The notes beneath the pieces are model-generated. The model was not told where the DNA came from. It saw only the letters and a program-made list of their open reading frames with translations, and searched no databases. Position numbers and translations under genes: made by a program. DNA of 64,000 nt from Balanoglossus misakiensis (lineage: Eukaryota; Animalia; Hemichordata), in assembly GCA_040954595.2 (NCBI GenBank), contig CM082587.2, positions 3,728,275 through 3,792,274 on the forward strand, given 5' to 3'. This document shows, piece after piece, positions 27,201-40,122 of this stretch (positions within the stretch are counted from its first letter, which is position 1; each line of letters opens with the position of its first letter).

Positions 27201-30200
27201 GTTTCAGTTCCCACTGCATGCACTGTTAACACAGCGAAGAGTCTTTATGAAAGTGACCGAAATTTACAGTGAGTGTAGTGCTAATATAATATAGCTGTGC
27301 CCCTTTAACTTTCCACGTTTTGATGATGTTTTTCCCCGGCAATTTTACTTTAATTTTAAAGTGTCGAGGACGACGAATTTCTTTATCTTAGCTAGGGGCA
27401 CACTCCTTTAATGACGCGTACATATCTCCGCGCGTGCAGCGCCATCAAATGAAATGTGACAACCAAATCGACGCTCTGCAATCGCTGCGACAAAGGTCAA
27501 AATTCAATTATAGAATTGCCGGCGCTGCTGCTTTGTATCGCCATAAAATAGCTTATTCATTTTATTCGGCGCTGGAAGGAATGGAATTTACTTAGAATAA
27601 AAGAGGCCGACTCGAACGAAACCACACATTCACAACGTAATTACCTTAACAGTGTATGATCACATCCTGACAATTCTGGAGACTGAGATTGTCGGACATG
27701 CGCAGAAAACGCGATGCTTAAGTTGACGACCACGAATGGTACTCAAGGAGCCTCTTTCTGCATCAATTCAGTTTTACTTCGCAAGCTATTGATTTAAAAC
27801 TAAAACAGTGCAATTGTATTCATTGCGCAGTATTGCGTCTGGGCCCCTATAAAAGTAGATATAAGCCACGACATTTTCGTCTTTGATGACTTTGTATCAT
27901 TCTGTTCATGATACGGCGAAGGTTGCGACGCACGCTAATCTAAAAAAAAACAGTGAGTGATTTGTGTTTTATACGTGCGGCAATAAATTCTATGGCCAAG
28001 CAAAGTTACACAGGGAATTGATTTTTTTAGAACCATGCCCACTCGCTATTAAATCGACCTGCATTAGCCGTAAACAGCCCATTTATAAAATAAATCTTCA
28101 TAAATGGGGCCACGTTGAGAAAACACATACACGGGGCCGTGTATTCCCGCAAGCAATCTTTGAATAGAGTTTTGTATTAGGTCAAATATTTGTTTGTGAA
28201 TAGAAATCCACGGCAGGTGTGAACCCTGTACATGCAAATTCACAAACCCGGTTCTGATGCACGATATTCAGGCCTGTACCCGTTCGCTTTTCGTCGTCTC
28301 TTTCTAAGAGAAAGAAGTCAATTTCCTTACATCTTGTGCTTGGATTTTCTGTCTCCGAAAACGTCACTGTACGAGGTAAGACTGGCATTTGTTATTTCTC
28401 GGCAGAGAAAGCCGTTTCTTCAAGTCCAGCAGAAATTGTCTCTGGCGTGTTCGAACAACACCGGTTTCCATTTGATTGCGTGTCGTTCAACGTTGAATAA
28501 ATTAAAGGCCTTATTTTCTTCCCAATGGCAACAATTTCCGTTGCACAGCCAATCGGCCACCGCTCTTTGTCAATATGGAAGTAATACTGCGTCTTCCTAC
28601 GGTTGTATATACTAGTTTATGTTAAGCTCCTTACGAGTGCCACTGAGATCATGAGAAGTCTGGTCGTAAAGTTACTGATCTCATACTCGCCAGTGCATAG
28701 TCTGTAGAACTGTGACAGTGTTGGTTTTTCGTTTTGACGCCCGTTTACGTCTTATATAATTTCCCTCCGGCCAGTTGTTAAACCCAAAACCGATAGCTCT
28801 CGTGAATCATCGGCTGAAAATTCCCCAAGGCAACCTGCTAACAGGTCGCAGGTGCAATATGTTCGGCGTGCAGTCTGTAATAAGGTTAAAAGACATTACT
28901 GTGTATTTGCATTTTCTTCTGAGCGCTCTGACCTTAGAATGTCAACATAAACCTTTTTCAACAAGATGAAAGGGGAAGTCAGTTTGCCGAATAAAGTTTG
29001 TCGGAAACTCATAACGTGTTTGGCTTTCGGTGTGCCTACAATGAGTAGTGCGCAGTGTAGTAAGTTCATCCATTAAGGATAATAGGGTGTTACAAATTTA
29101 ATAAGATTATAGATTCTGCCAATATCCCCAGTGGGCATATTTCGTGATAAAAGATATCGCACTTTGATACATTCATTTAAATCGCTAAATATCAATACGG
29201 GTGCATATTGTGACATGAATACGACTGGCCAGAAGACCAATGATCGCCTCACATGCACTTTTGACCCCCAAAAGTGAAACGGCGTTTCCAGGGTTCGTGA
29301 TAAACCTTCACGAGTGAGACCTGGTATATTTTCCAACTCAGACTAATTGATTTCCAATGTGATATTTTGGTACAAAAGTTCGACGCTGTAAATGATCAGT
29401 GGCAAAAGTAATGTATATCGAGTGATCATTCATAAATATTGGACTGTCTGGTCCCCTGATTGATTTCGCGATGGCCAATCATCGACCCACATATTATAAA
29501 AAAATTATCACGCACCCCGACACCTCGGGTGAACTAACGTGTCTTTCATCAATCATGCATACATTCACTCAGTCAATCATTATGTCTGTCGGCTGCTTGT
29601 TCGTTCGTTGCAATTAAAGCAACGGTATGACCATCACTATACATGTACAAGGCACGTCATCCGCTGGCTGCAATTATGATGACCAATGCAAACCGACACG
29701 CAAATGAATAAGTGATAGATCACATGTACTTTTTATAACTGCACGTAGGGAAACGAACACACTCCAATTTTCGTACTTCAAACATTTAGACGCGTATTAA
29801 CTTATTCATACGGTTATAAATTATCCAGAATGGTTTTATAACTGAAACGTGGGATTTGTTTCAAATCCACCTCGTTCGTTCTCCGTTCACCGATAAATAT
29901 CCGCCAACTTTCAGTCATATCACATCAGGGTATCATTTCAAATTGTCTGGTTTGTTTTTCGATTACCGTCGGAAATTACATCTCGCCATAGGTGCGTCGT
30001 ATATCACGAAGCGTCGAACTTGTTTTTTTTAAAGATATGAAACAGTAGATATTCAAACAAACTCGTCGATAATTTTGCATGTTCATTTGATAGACATTTG
30101 TGACACGTGGATGATTTAAGGGGAGTTGGCTCTTACTCTGTTGAATGCAGCTTTGTTGAGAAGAGTTGGAAAACAGATAGATCGTCGTGACATGTGTTTT

Positions 30201-32153
30201 ATTCAAAGGAAGGGATTTATATCAAAGTTTAGCTCGCCAAAAGCAAGTACGGCCGATCGAAAGACAGTTTTTGTATTCAAGTCCTGAATGCACGCAGTTG
30301 ACCTTTTGGCAGAGAAGGCAGGCAGGCTTGTTTGACATTCACAGGCCGTTCAATAATCTAAGCTGGAGAAAAAACGATATGTCGATCCCGCTGATCGTTG
30401 GCGAGATCATCCTCTGCGCACGGTAAATGGCACCCCCAGCCCTGACGCGAAAGTGCAGTGACGAGTCATCGATATGGGCAACCCTTCCTCTGTTCCTAGT
30501 TCCTCGTCAACGCCGATGACGTCACTCGTCCTCTTTGCGTATTAAAGGGACATTAGCTGTATCTGTTGGCTATCTGTGTTCTGTGTATGCATTTCTTGTT
30601 CCACTCCCAACAACATGCTGATATACCCAGTATTCTACTTGAAGGACATAGGCTGCGTATGTGTTGTGACCACTATTCTTCCCAGGTGACCGAATGAATG
30701 ACACTCCGGACTTGAATTCAATTTTCCTCAGTAAAAAAAATCGAGTAAACAGACATACAAATAAGGGTTTATTTATACCGCCATCTCACAAGACTCCCTC
30801 ACGCGGCCTTCACTTGTTTCTCTGCAAGGTCTGTCAGTCGTGATAAGCGTGTTACTTTATTTCGGAGCAATTTACCTTGCTTTATAAACCTCTCTCATTC
30901 AATCACCGACCCTGGTTACAAATTTTCGCGCTCACTGGTCGTTAGTGGTTTCTTTAGAAATTTCTGCAGTCGCTCTCATTCTGTAATTTGTGTGGACACA
31001 CAGTTTAAATCGTCATTTGCTTGGACGCTACCTGATTGTCACTTAACGCGCGAATGAATAGAATTCTGTTTTCTGTAGCCATGATAACACGAGCGCGAGA
31101 CGATTTAGTTTGAGGATCATGCGCAGTATCGAAGCAATAATACAAGAAAATGTGATCACTCCACTTGATTCGAACATCGATATCTTCAAATATTGTCTCG
31201 CACGGGGAAATGAAATATCGACAAACAATTTGACAGTCACTTATACTGAAAGGTGCTCACATTGACTGCCATGCCACACGTGAGGTCACATCTATTTACT
31301 CTGTGTATAGTCTCTCTCTATCCTGATTGAATCTGGTTATTTCAAAGTGTCCATTTTACGAGATTGACAATACTTTATTACCTTGTTGTTACGTTTTTTG
31401 TCAGTAGTACTTATTCTCATTAATGATCTCCTATTATGTCTCAATACGAGTAAAATGGATATGTTTGTCGATGATTGGGTTTTGCGTACAGGGCTTGCAC
31501 ACTAATGATCATTCCGGCTGTCGCATTGAGGGGTATTCAATGTCTAATGTTTTCTTTTCTGCTCAGTAACCCGTTAGACTGAAAGCCAGTGTATGAACTA
31601 TTGGTTGTAAAAAAATATATTGCAAAGTATCTGCGGCGGGTCGAGAAGTTGATCATGTAATTGGTCGTTTTGGTGACTTATTTTAAATTGGATTGTCGGA
31701 AACCCACGTGCAAGTTCAATTTCGACCAATTTAAAGATATCCGGTCACCTATGCAAATTTAACCACTGTTACCATGGAAAATGGATACATGTCCAATCAC
31801 TGTACATTTTGTTCCATTTCCCATTGCAGTGTTCCTACGACATTTGCTCGGGCGTGGAGTACAGGAATGAGGAACACATCACCCAGTATGTATCTCGGCA
31901 CAACATTAAAGGGAGCACGTTCCCTTGCTTCTACAACCCGGACAACAAGAGCCAGGTGCTGATGAACGAGATCTTCAACAACCAGGCCATTCTGCACGCC
32001 ATCCTCTGGCCGCTTCTCTCCTTTCTCCTCAGTGTGGCGGCCGCCGTGGTGGCCTACAGGAAGTTCTACCGAAACAACAACAAGAAGAAGGCCAATGGCA
32101 AGTCCAATTCCAAAACGACGTATAAGAGATTTTCTGATCCCGTTCCGTTGTAA
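12263..32153 (+). CDS. KCNMB-like: Calcium-activated (BK/Slo1) potassium channel beta-subunit-like protein, 2 coding exons (12263-12619, 31830-32153), 226 aa
   Basis: Exon 1 ends YPQ|gtgag and exon 2 starts ttgcag|CSYDIC, both phase 0. Two TM helices flank a loop with 8 Cys: TECTV, GCRCGRYCWSQFPCVQIFV, PQCSYDIC, FPCFYNP. TM2 begins AILHAILWPLLSF. This matches the KCNMB2/3/4 pattern. Confidence 0.88.
15700..15755. repeat. Dispersed short element, copy 2
   Basis: CGCTCATTGCGAGATCTCGCGAGACTTGGTTAATTAC...CGGGTTGCTAG; its reverse complement matches 4464-4506 and 56620-56654. Confidence 0.6.
17635..17670. repeat. (CTGC/CTGT)n tetranucleotide microsatellite
   Basis: Direct reading. Confidence 0.7.
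21934..22012. repeat. Compound pentanucleotide repeat (TACAC)n/(CCACG)n
   Basis: Direct reading. Confidence 0.75.
23799..23858. repeat. (GTTT)/(GGTT)n microsatellite
   Basis: Direct reading. Confidence 0.85.
31731..31785 (+). mobile_element. Truncated left end of the 9375-9556 MITE family
   Basis: TTAAAGATATCCGGTCACCTATGCAAATTTAACCACTGTTACCATGG aligns with TTAAAGGTATACGGTCACCTATACAAATTTAGCCACAATTACCATGG. Confidence 0.7.
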
Positions 32154-34917
32154 AGTTATCGTGGTCACACTCGCAGCATACAGTGTTTTTAAAAAAATGG
32201 CGACTGGCGGGGACATTTTGAATTTTAATAAGTGCAACGTAATGATGAATGCACGCGGTCACCTTTACATGTAATTATCCAGTGGCCAGATTACCATCCA
32301 TGTCGACTAGCCAATCACATATTTTCGCATGGGTCCACGCGAAATCGCGTTGAAGCGAGCCACTGCACCTTTAACCTTTCGTGGAACGTGCGGAACGGGG
32401 CAGGTATCATAAACACGGACTAAAGCTGCATAGCCAATTTGCTCGTCCCCGTCAAACGTCGACTCGGATGACCAATCAATCATAAGAGGATGAAACGTTA
32501 TCGTCGTTCTAAAACTGTACTCGGAATCGTGACCTGAATTAATTGGAAGACAGAACTTTCCGCTGTTCATGACCGCATCGGTTGCAATAACCTGTTTGAA
32601 CTATACGGGTGGGAAATCCTGACGATCACTTGAACACATCAAAGTCTTAGTTTTTAAAACAGCAAAAATAATTTGATTCTTGTATGTTTCTCTAAATCAT
32701 ATGGGGATGGGGTAATTGACAATTTATACGGAGGTGTAATGGTCCCTGGAACTGCACTATCGTACTGACGTTAAATCCTACATGTGTGCACACAAATCAC
32801 AATTGCCAAAAATGGATCAAATTGGATGATTTTAATTATTTCAAGTAGAAATGTATAGTGTTTGCATCCGGAGTGAAATTATGTCATCACGATTTTGATG
32901 CGAGAAAACAAGAGTGTTGTTATTTGTTTTCTTATTTACAGAGATTTGACGTGTTTGCGTGTAAATATTACGTTGTGGTTATGTTTTGGTGTTATGATGA
33001 ATTTTCACTGTAGATCTGTATAAATCTCATCCTAAAACTTTACCGAGTTTGCTATTTCGTGTTCATGTCTCTGGCATGCGTCTCTCGGTGGCGAACTTGG
33101 ACCCCGGGAAAGATAGCGAGCAAGTCAGCGAGATTGAACATCAGCCGAGGTACAGAGTGACGGCCCGCCAGCTCGATGCCCATGTTCATAGCGATTGATT
33201 GGGTATACCCGTGGCGCAGCACGCACACTTCGGGACGAGAAATCAATGCGCCGTTTCCGAACAGCGCGCTCCAGGGGAGGCAATACAGCAAAGCGAGTCT
33301 CATCCCATTCGAAGGAAAGACTCCAAAATCCACCGCCAGTCATGGAGGATAAGAAGAAACAGCAGACGTTACCTTCGGATTACTTTTAAGACCCTAACTG
33401 GCGCGATTTGGTTATTCTTCGAATTCGCGTCGTATAAGCTTTATATCTTTCCCCACCGGAGATGCATATAACCTCAGGGCGGGGTTACATGCATGATGTC
33501 GGTGTTAACGTTACATTATGGAGTCTTTCCAAATCCGTAATCGCCACGTACTTTTCAAAATTAAATTCTCTGTTCAGTATCGACAAAAGTCGGTCTTAGC
33601 GTGGTTGAACCAGCCCACATATAGCCCTAAATGCATTTCTAAGATGCGATAATTCCAACTGAAAATCGGCATATGGCAATATTGCAAATATAATGGAAGT
33701 TTTTTGGCGGCTAATAACACTGAAACAACAGGCTTTGCCCTCCTATGGATGCCGACAGCAAGCCGTAGAAAGCCGAACTGTAATTGGAATTTCCGATGCA
33801 CCGTGACACCGATCAACCCATTGAGCTAGAACTGGATTAATTTCATGACGATTTGGTACACACAGTCCTAATCTTTATCTTCCCTGTGAGCCATCGAACT
33901 TATATGGTTGTTTCCACCGAGAAGCCTCTCATATCCGCCGGCGGTGACCGACTCGAAAATTAATCAGTCTGTTCGAACTCTGGAATTGTTTCTTTGTCCA
34001 AGACTCTGGGGTCAACCTGTTCCAATAAATTTGCAATCGATGGAACAAAGTTGTTCTCTTGATATCATTTTTGTTTTTGATTCTCAGGTTCTGTCACGGC
34101 CATTCATCTTCTGTCGTTTGATGGCGCTCTATAAAACCAACATGATGTACAGTACGAAGTATTCCACAACGAATTGACAGATCTAAAATACAATAGTACA
34201 CGCGGGTGACGTCAAGCCCGATCTTGAACTCCTTTGTTGGGATGAAAGTGTCTTCTTTGTCAATAACAACACGGATTCAAAATTCAATGTTAACGCCATT
34301 GACACCATATTGGGAAGGTTGAATAGAATATTGAGGAATGCACACGTCGCAGCTATATGTATACTGCATGCTGGTCAAAGGTAACATGGTCGTGAAGTTT
34401 ATCTCTCGTACATTTTCTTTTTAACTGGGCGATCACTGCGTTTCATTTTATTAAAAACTACGATGAAAATTGTATGGGTATGACAGTAGTAGAAGTTGAT
34501 GTTCACTCGAGCGCCCTCTATAGACAATCAAGTGTTATAGTACACGCAGTGATAGTACACGGTTTCAAACGAGGGTACAAATTTTATTTCGGTAAAACAC
34601 ACACAAAATAGTTTTCTCCCAAAGGTGACATGGTTCTTTACAATTACTAATATTTATTTCAATATTTCGTATTGGTGCGAGCTGTTAATCGGAACTATTT
34701 ATGAATACTGGAATTCGAATCCGGAGTCTAATAACAATCTGATTATAATATTAGTTTCACAACATGGCGTCGGGCGATAAACTAGCTTAGAATTTCGACA
34801 TCGATACTGACTGGACGACGTAGCATTACAGACATTTAGGACGGACTGCTCCCGGTGTCAAACGGCGGATCTGCTGCCACATTCTCATGGGCGTTGTTGA
34901 GGTATGAACTTATCGGT

Positions 34918-35805
34918 ATGGCGGCCGACACCTTCATCCAAATCAAGAGCAAATTCCTAACCCACCCTATGTTGCGGATGGAAGAAGTGAGTCTGAACAA
35001 TGGAGACGCTTTCCTACGTGTACATTGTCGTAGTCGGTTTGTGATGTTGAACGAAGAGCAGGGACCCTTCGCCGCCGTGGAAATCGTCGTCAGATACATA
35101 AAAGACGGCCGCAGATGCACGGCGTCCATCCAGGTCTTCCACAAGCCGGTGAACGTGCAAGAAATGAAGACGCCGGACGACATTGACTGGTACATCGACC
35201 GGATCGTTGACCGGTCGTACGTTGTGTGCAGCGGTATCAAAAACAGCCTGGAGATCAGCGAGAAACTGGGCCACCGTCCCAAGGAGTTGAGACACTGGCA
35301 CCACCCGTACAATCGGTCGGATTCGTTCAGTTGTTTAATGTACTTTCAACAGACAGACAAGACGAACAAAGACACCGAAACTGCCAACCTTTGTGCCCGT
35401 TGCAGGAACCTCCTGTTCACGCTGAAGTTTCGAATCAGGAAGGCCAAAGGCCAGTCCACCAGCCCGTCTCAGGGATGGAAGACGACCGATAAGTCTAAGG
35501 GGGTGGTCAGAAAGAAGAGGAGAAGTGTTTCGCCCAACAAATCGAGAACAAGGTACATCACGAAGACTCTAAAGAACAGTTACCTAGGAGACAAGCCAGT
35601 GCAGAAAGACAAACCTCGTGGGGGTAAAGCCAAAGGTAACAGCCAGTACAATCAGCACGAGCGGACCTATCACCCGTATGTTGGAGTTGGAAAAGAATAT
35701 AACCCTTATGTAGGAAAACCATTTCAGTTTGGAAGACCCTACTTTGGAGACAAGTCTTTGCGGAGAGAAAATCCTAAACATAAAGCTACATGTACTAGTC
35801 TGTAA
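34918..35805 (+). CDS. Uncharacterised intronless protein (295 aa from first ATG) with Cys/His cluster and basic tail
   Basis: The open frame spans 34855-35805 with GC3-rich codons. The first in-frame ATG (MAADTF) is at 34918. Motifs: VCSGI...HRP...WHHPY...FSCL...CARCR, then VRKKRR. Confidence 0.75.
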   Translation: MAADTFIQIKSKFLTHPMLRMEEVSLNNGDAFLRVHCRSRFVMLNEEQGPFAAVEIVVRYIKDGRRCTASIQVFHKPVNVQEMKTPDDIDWYIDRIVDRSYVVCSGIKNSLEISEKLGHRPKELRHWHHPYNRSDSFSCLMYFQQTDKTNKDTETANLCARCRNLLFTLKFRIRKAKGQSTSPSQGWKTTDKSKGVVRKKRRSVSPNKSRTRYITKTLKNSYLGDKPVQKDKPRGGKAKGNSQYNQHERTYHPYVGVGKEYNPYVGKPFQFGRPYFGDKSLRRENPKHKATCTSL

Positions 35806-37573
35806 ACTTAAAAGGCTGCAAGTAGCATTTTAGTGGTATAACATTATTTTCACGATACTGATCCTTCAAGTACACAGGTACATGTTTGCATTGCCAAAAG
35901 ATAGGTAATGTGGACATGTAGCATGCAGCTCTCTGCATTTTCTGCTCCCCACGCCAAGACCTGACATGACCTTGGCTTGAGGACCTTCAGTTGACTAGTA
36001 CACAGTCAAAAACCGCGACAACGCTTTTATATCACACAAGCAGCCATGTTCTATTTTGTCAGCTTTGCATCTAGGCAATATTTAGCTGTATATTCCTTCC
36101 TCTTATCCACTAGGATACTACAATTTACATTTGTTTTTTCATTCATTCGCAATTTGCAATGCAAAACTTTCATTTTGTTTTCCAAGGGAACCACATTGGT
36201 TTTCATTCAAGTACAGCTGTGAATCTCAGTCACAACGATTTTACCCGTTTTGCCTTCCTCATGCATTTGAAGCATGCAAGCTTGCCAGCACTCCGGTTGT
36301 GTAGGATGCTCATATAACTGCTGGACTCTATTCACCAGGGTAAAACAAAAGCAGTTTACACATCCGTTAAGGAAGTTTCACACAGATAGCAGCCCCGGTT
36401 GAATTGCACCCCTTTCTTGTAATCTACATCATGAAATGCAAATGTCACTCACATACTGACAGGATAACGATAAAAATTGCACCAGCGCTATAACTAGTAT
36501 ATCCAGCTGTTTGGTCAGATGGCTTCTGTTCCCATTTGGTCCTCCATAATGGAGGGATCATGTCCTGCATTGAATTTGAAAAATGTTTAAAGTGGGAAAT
36601 CTTACGTCTTCCCTTTGGGCACTTTCAAGTGTACATGTATGTGAGACAAGCCTTATTTCCCAGTATGTCCTCTCACAGAAACATTTCTAAGGTCCTTTGT
36701 ATAATTAGTGAATTCGTTAAAATTCCTCTGACTAGGATAGACTCGACCTACATGTATGTATATATAACTTGCGTGTGTTAATGAAAGGTTCCCCAGGTCC
36801 AAGATTGCCTGTGAGGCTGTAGTATGCAGTGTGTTTTACCAGCTGGGAAATGACCACTGCTGTTGTAGGCATTTATGAGCTGTTTTGATTATAGGGGCCA
36901 GCTCAACTTCACAGAAACTTTAGGAAAAAAATATCGAACGAAAATAACTACTGCTGACACTTTGATTCAGTGAGGCCCTCCAACAAGCATGTATTTGACT
37001 AATCGTGAAATCTCCAAATCCATTGATTCCAAATATTATTGCTAACTGAGAATTGACCCTCTTTGCTGTTACTGCTGATAAGTTTGTTGTCATAATGTGA
37101 TGTGATCCCATCCGCCTCCAGTTCCACCTGACGACTAATGAGAATTTGATGACTCCCTGTAGAGTTAAAAATTAACGCTTTTCTATTTTGTCAAACTTCA
37201 GTTCTTTAGTAAACTATTGGGTTTGGAATATTTTTTATATCAAGTTGGATATTATTCAGAGTGAAAGAATTTACCCATGCTGGTACCAGGTCAGTCAGCA
37301 CTCAAGTATCTAAGCTTCAATCGTGTCTTCCGTGAAATTGAAAAGAAAACAAGACCTTTTCCACATTTTAAACATTATGCACGTACAGGTATGTTTATTT
37401 TAGAACAGTGCAAACACGACTTCTTGTTTGGTTGAAATCTGAGAATAGAGAAAAATCACAGTGAAGGGATTATCCGGGGTTGTCTGTAAACATTTAGGTG
37501 AAAACAGATTGACAATTGAAAGGGATCAGTGCGTGGTCTACAGTAATTACCCAGAGGGAGATGATATTTGTCG

Positions 37574-37697
37574 AGGTCAGCACCGGGTCACTTAGCATCA
37601 CACAGACCGGCATCGATAACATGTCACTCTTGACCAATGAGCTGTCAGCCCTAACCGGCGTGTGGAAGATCAGAGGTCACCACTGATCTGGTGACCT
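37574..37697. promoter_or_regulatory. Nuclear-receptor element cluster: DR5 (RARE consensus) plus AGGTCA palindrome
   Basis: AGGTCA-GCACC-GGGTCA at 37574-37590; AGGTCACCA-CTGATC-TGGTGACCT at 37674-37697. Confidence 0.45.
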
Positions 37698-39993
37698 TGG
37701 TTGGTTTCAGGTGGTCATTAGCGTTGACATTGAACCGGAGTGCGAGCTGCGATACGTTCTCTGGGTGCCTTGACGCTGTGCTGAGCCGCGGCATGTGTGT
37801 GTCACTGTGTGTTATGACTTGCAGACGTCGATTGTGTGCTGATACGCAGCGTGAATATCAAATGGTGTCTGGCTGAATTGCCTCTAATGAGCCCTCGAGT
37901 AGCGGTCGGGTTAGATCATCTCATGGCACGGTTCCAAGAAGCGAAAGCTGCACGAATTCCCAAAGACCAGCTGTAGTGAGAACACTTATCAAAACACACG
38001 GCTTGAGTTTATACACGTATTTAGTATTAATGTTGCAATAAGTCGTGTTTCATACATTTCTCAACCATTTTAATGTCAAGACCACTTCTAGAATTGTAGC
38101 CAGAATTTCATCAGTTCAATCAAATCACATAGATTTTGCAAAGCATGCATATTGGGGTCTCCCTGTCCACTGCCAGTTACTTGAGAATGCGTCCTTATTA
38201 GATAATCTGTAAGCTCACATGTAATTAACGAAAAACAGACTACATATAAGCTCATAAACTAGATCCAGATTTCCAACTAAGACAGAAATTCTTTTGTTTT
38301 AATTTGAGAAACGCGAGTAAAGTTGAAAGTGATGTGGCTCCTTGACCCTGACCCCTATTCCACTGTTATCAGTTCAACCAGACTTTCGAAAACAGTGGCT
38401 CGAACCAAAGTTCAGGGTGGCAACAGGGTTCAAGTCTCACATGGATCATGTCTCTGTAGACTGTGTATACACAAAACAGAATCACAATTTCCCTCGACTC
38501 GCATGAACACATTTGAAAAATTTCACCTTTTCTCGTGAAGTGACAAATGATATTTGACATTTTAATTTATCGAGTGAACGCATGTCAACTGTGACCAAGT
38601 TTTATTTTGTCTAGAGTAGAGAGATTTACGTGTCGGCTAAAGATAGTCCAAGCTTATTTTAAACTTTTTTTTTCATCGTGTATCAGGGTTCTGTATAATT
38701 GTACATATTGTTCCCAAGATATGGCTGACTTTATAGATAGATAAAACAGCTTGTTATCTTTTATTTCTTGCCAAACTTTCATTGCCATGTTTCTATTTCC
38801 TGAAATATATGGACCCTTTTTTTTTCTGTTTTTTTTACAATGCTACATAGTTCACTAGGCAAATAAGATTTTCTTGTACATTGTACGTTATGAATTTTGT
38901 TTCAAATTATAAGATGTCAAAAGTTGATGATTGAAAATAATTGAATAATTCTGTGAGAACATATTTTGGTATATTTAATTATTTTTTCCTTTTTTTGTGA
39001 AGCAAGTTTGCAATAGATCAAGCTAACTACCGCACCAAGTATTCCTAGCAATTGTTTAGGAGTTTGGATAATTTTTTTTATGCTGCATTTCAAGTTCAAC
39101 AAGCTTTGCTCAAAGTTTGGTCCATGCACAGATATTTTACCTTCAAAGTATTCCTGGCTTTTATTCGTGTTATTGTCTATTTTTTTGGAATTTTGTTGAT
39201 GTATAATAATGTTAGTTTAGACATTCTGTAAAAAAAATGTATGATTATTATACATGTTGGGTTGTTGCTGTATTTGGAATTACTTTTATCGCTTGTTTCA
39301 ATATCACTGGTATTTAAATTGAAGTCTGCAATCAAGTTTGATAAAGATTATGATAGTTGGGCTAAAATTATGAGAGTTGAATATTTTCCCGAGTGTAATG
39401 TATTTTTCGAAAACATTTTTCTTCTTCCAAAATATAAACAACAAGATCAAACCTGCATATACATTGAAGTTGAAGTGTTTTATTGATGGACACGTCTCAG
39501 TTGCAAAACAATCCCAGTTCAAAATTCGGCCAGGCTGTGCTTAGACCACCTGTCAGCTTGTATCATAGCAACCTACTCCCACCGTAACCTAGACAACGTT
39601 AACAGTCGGGAAGCAATTACATGTAGTTATGCTGTAACTGAATTAAGTCAGCCATCCAAGATATAGAAACATTTTCCATCAGTAATAGTGTTTGCGGACA
39701 GAACCCAGCATTCTCGGGGGAGACAAGTTCGGTCGGTACTTCAAACTCGCTGAAGATTGAATCCATAATGCTTGACAGTAATGTAATGGTGTTATGCAAA
39801 AATGTCATTATCTCTCAAGATAAGGATGAGAAGAGCTGTGAGCTAGCCACTCTGTGTCCATTAGTCACTATGGACTACTGTTTATCAGCTAGAGATTTTA
39901 ATTTACACCATGCCATAAAATAAAACGTTGCCACCATTGTTAGTCAGTTTTAATCTTCCAAGTACTTTTGATGTCACATTTCAATTTCTGAAA

Positions 39994-40122
39994 TGAAATG
40001 ACGTGCATTAAACAAGTTTGTGATTAATCTACTCGCGCTGCCAGAGAAATTATTGAAATGACATGTATTAAACAAGTTTGCCATTACATGTAATTTACTG
40101 GCACTGTGAGAGAAATATTGAA
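39994..40122. repeat. Diverged two-unit ~60-67 bp tandem duplication
   Basis: TGAAATGAC(G/A)TG(C/T)ATTAAACAAGTTTG...GAGAAAT..TTGAA occurs twice. Confidence 0.7.
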
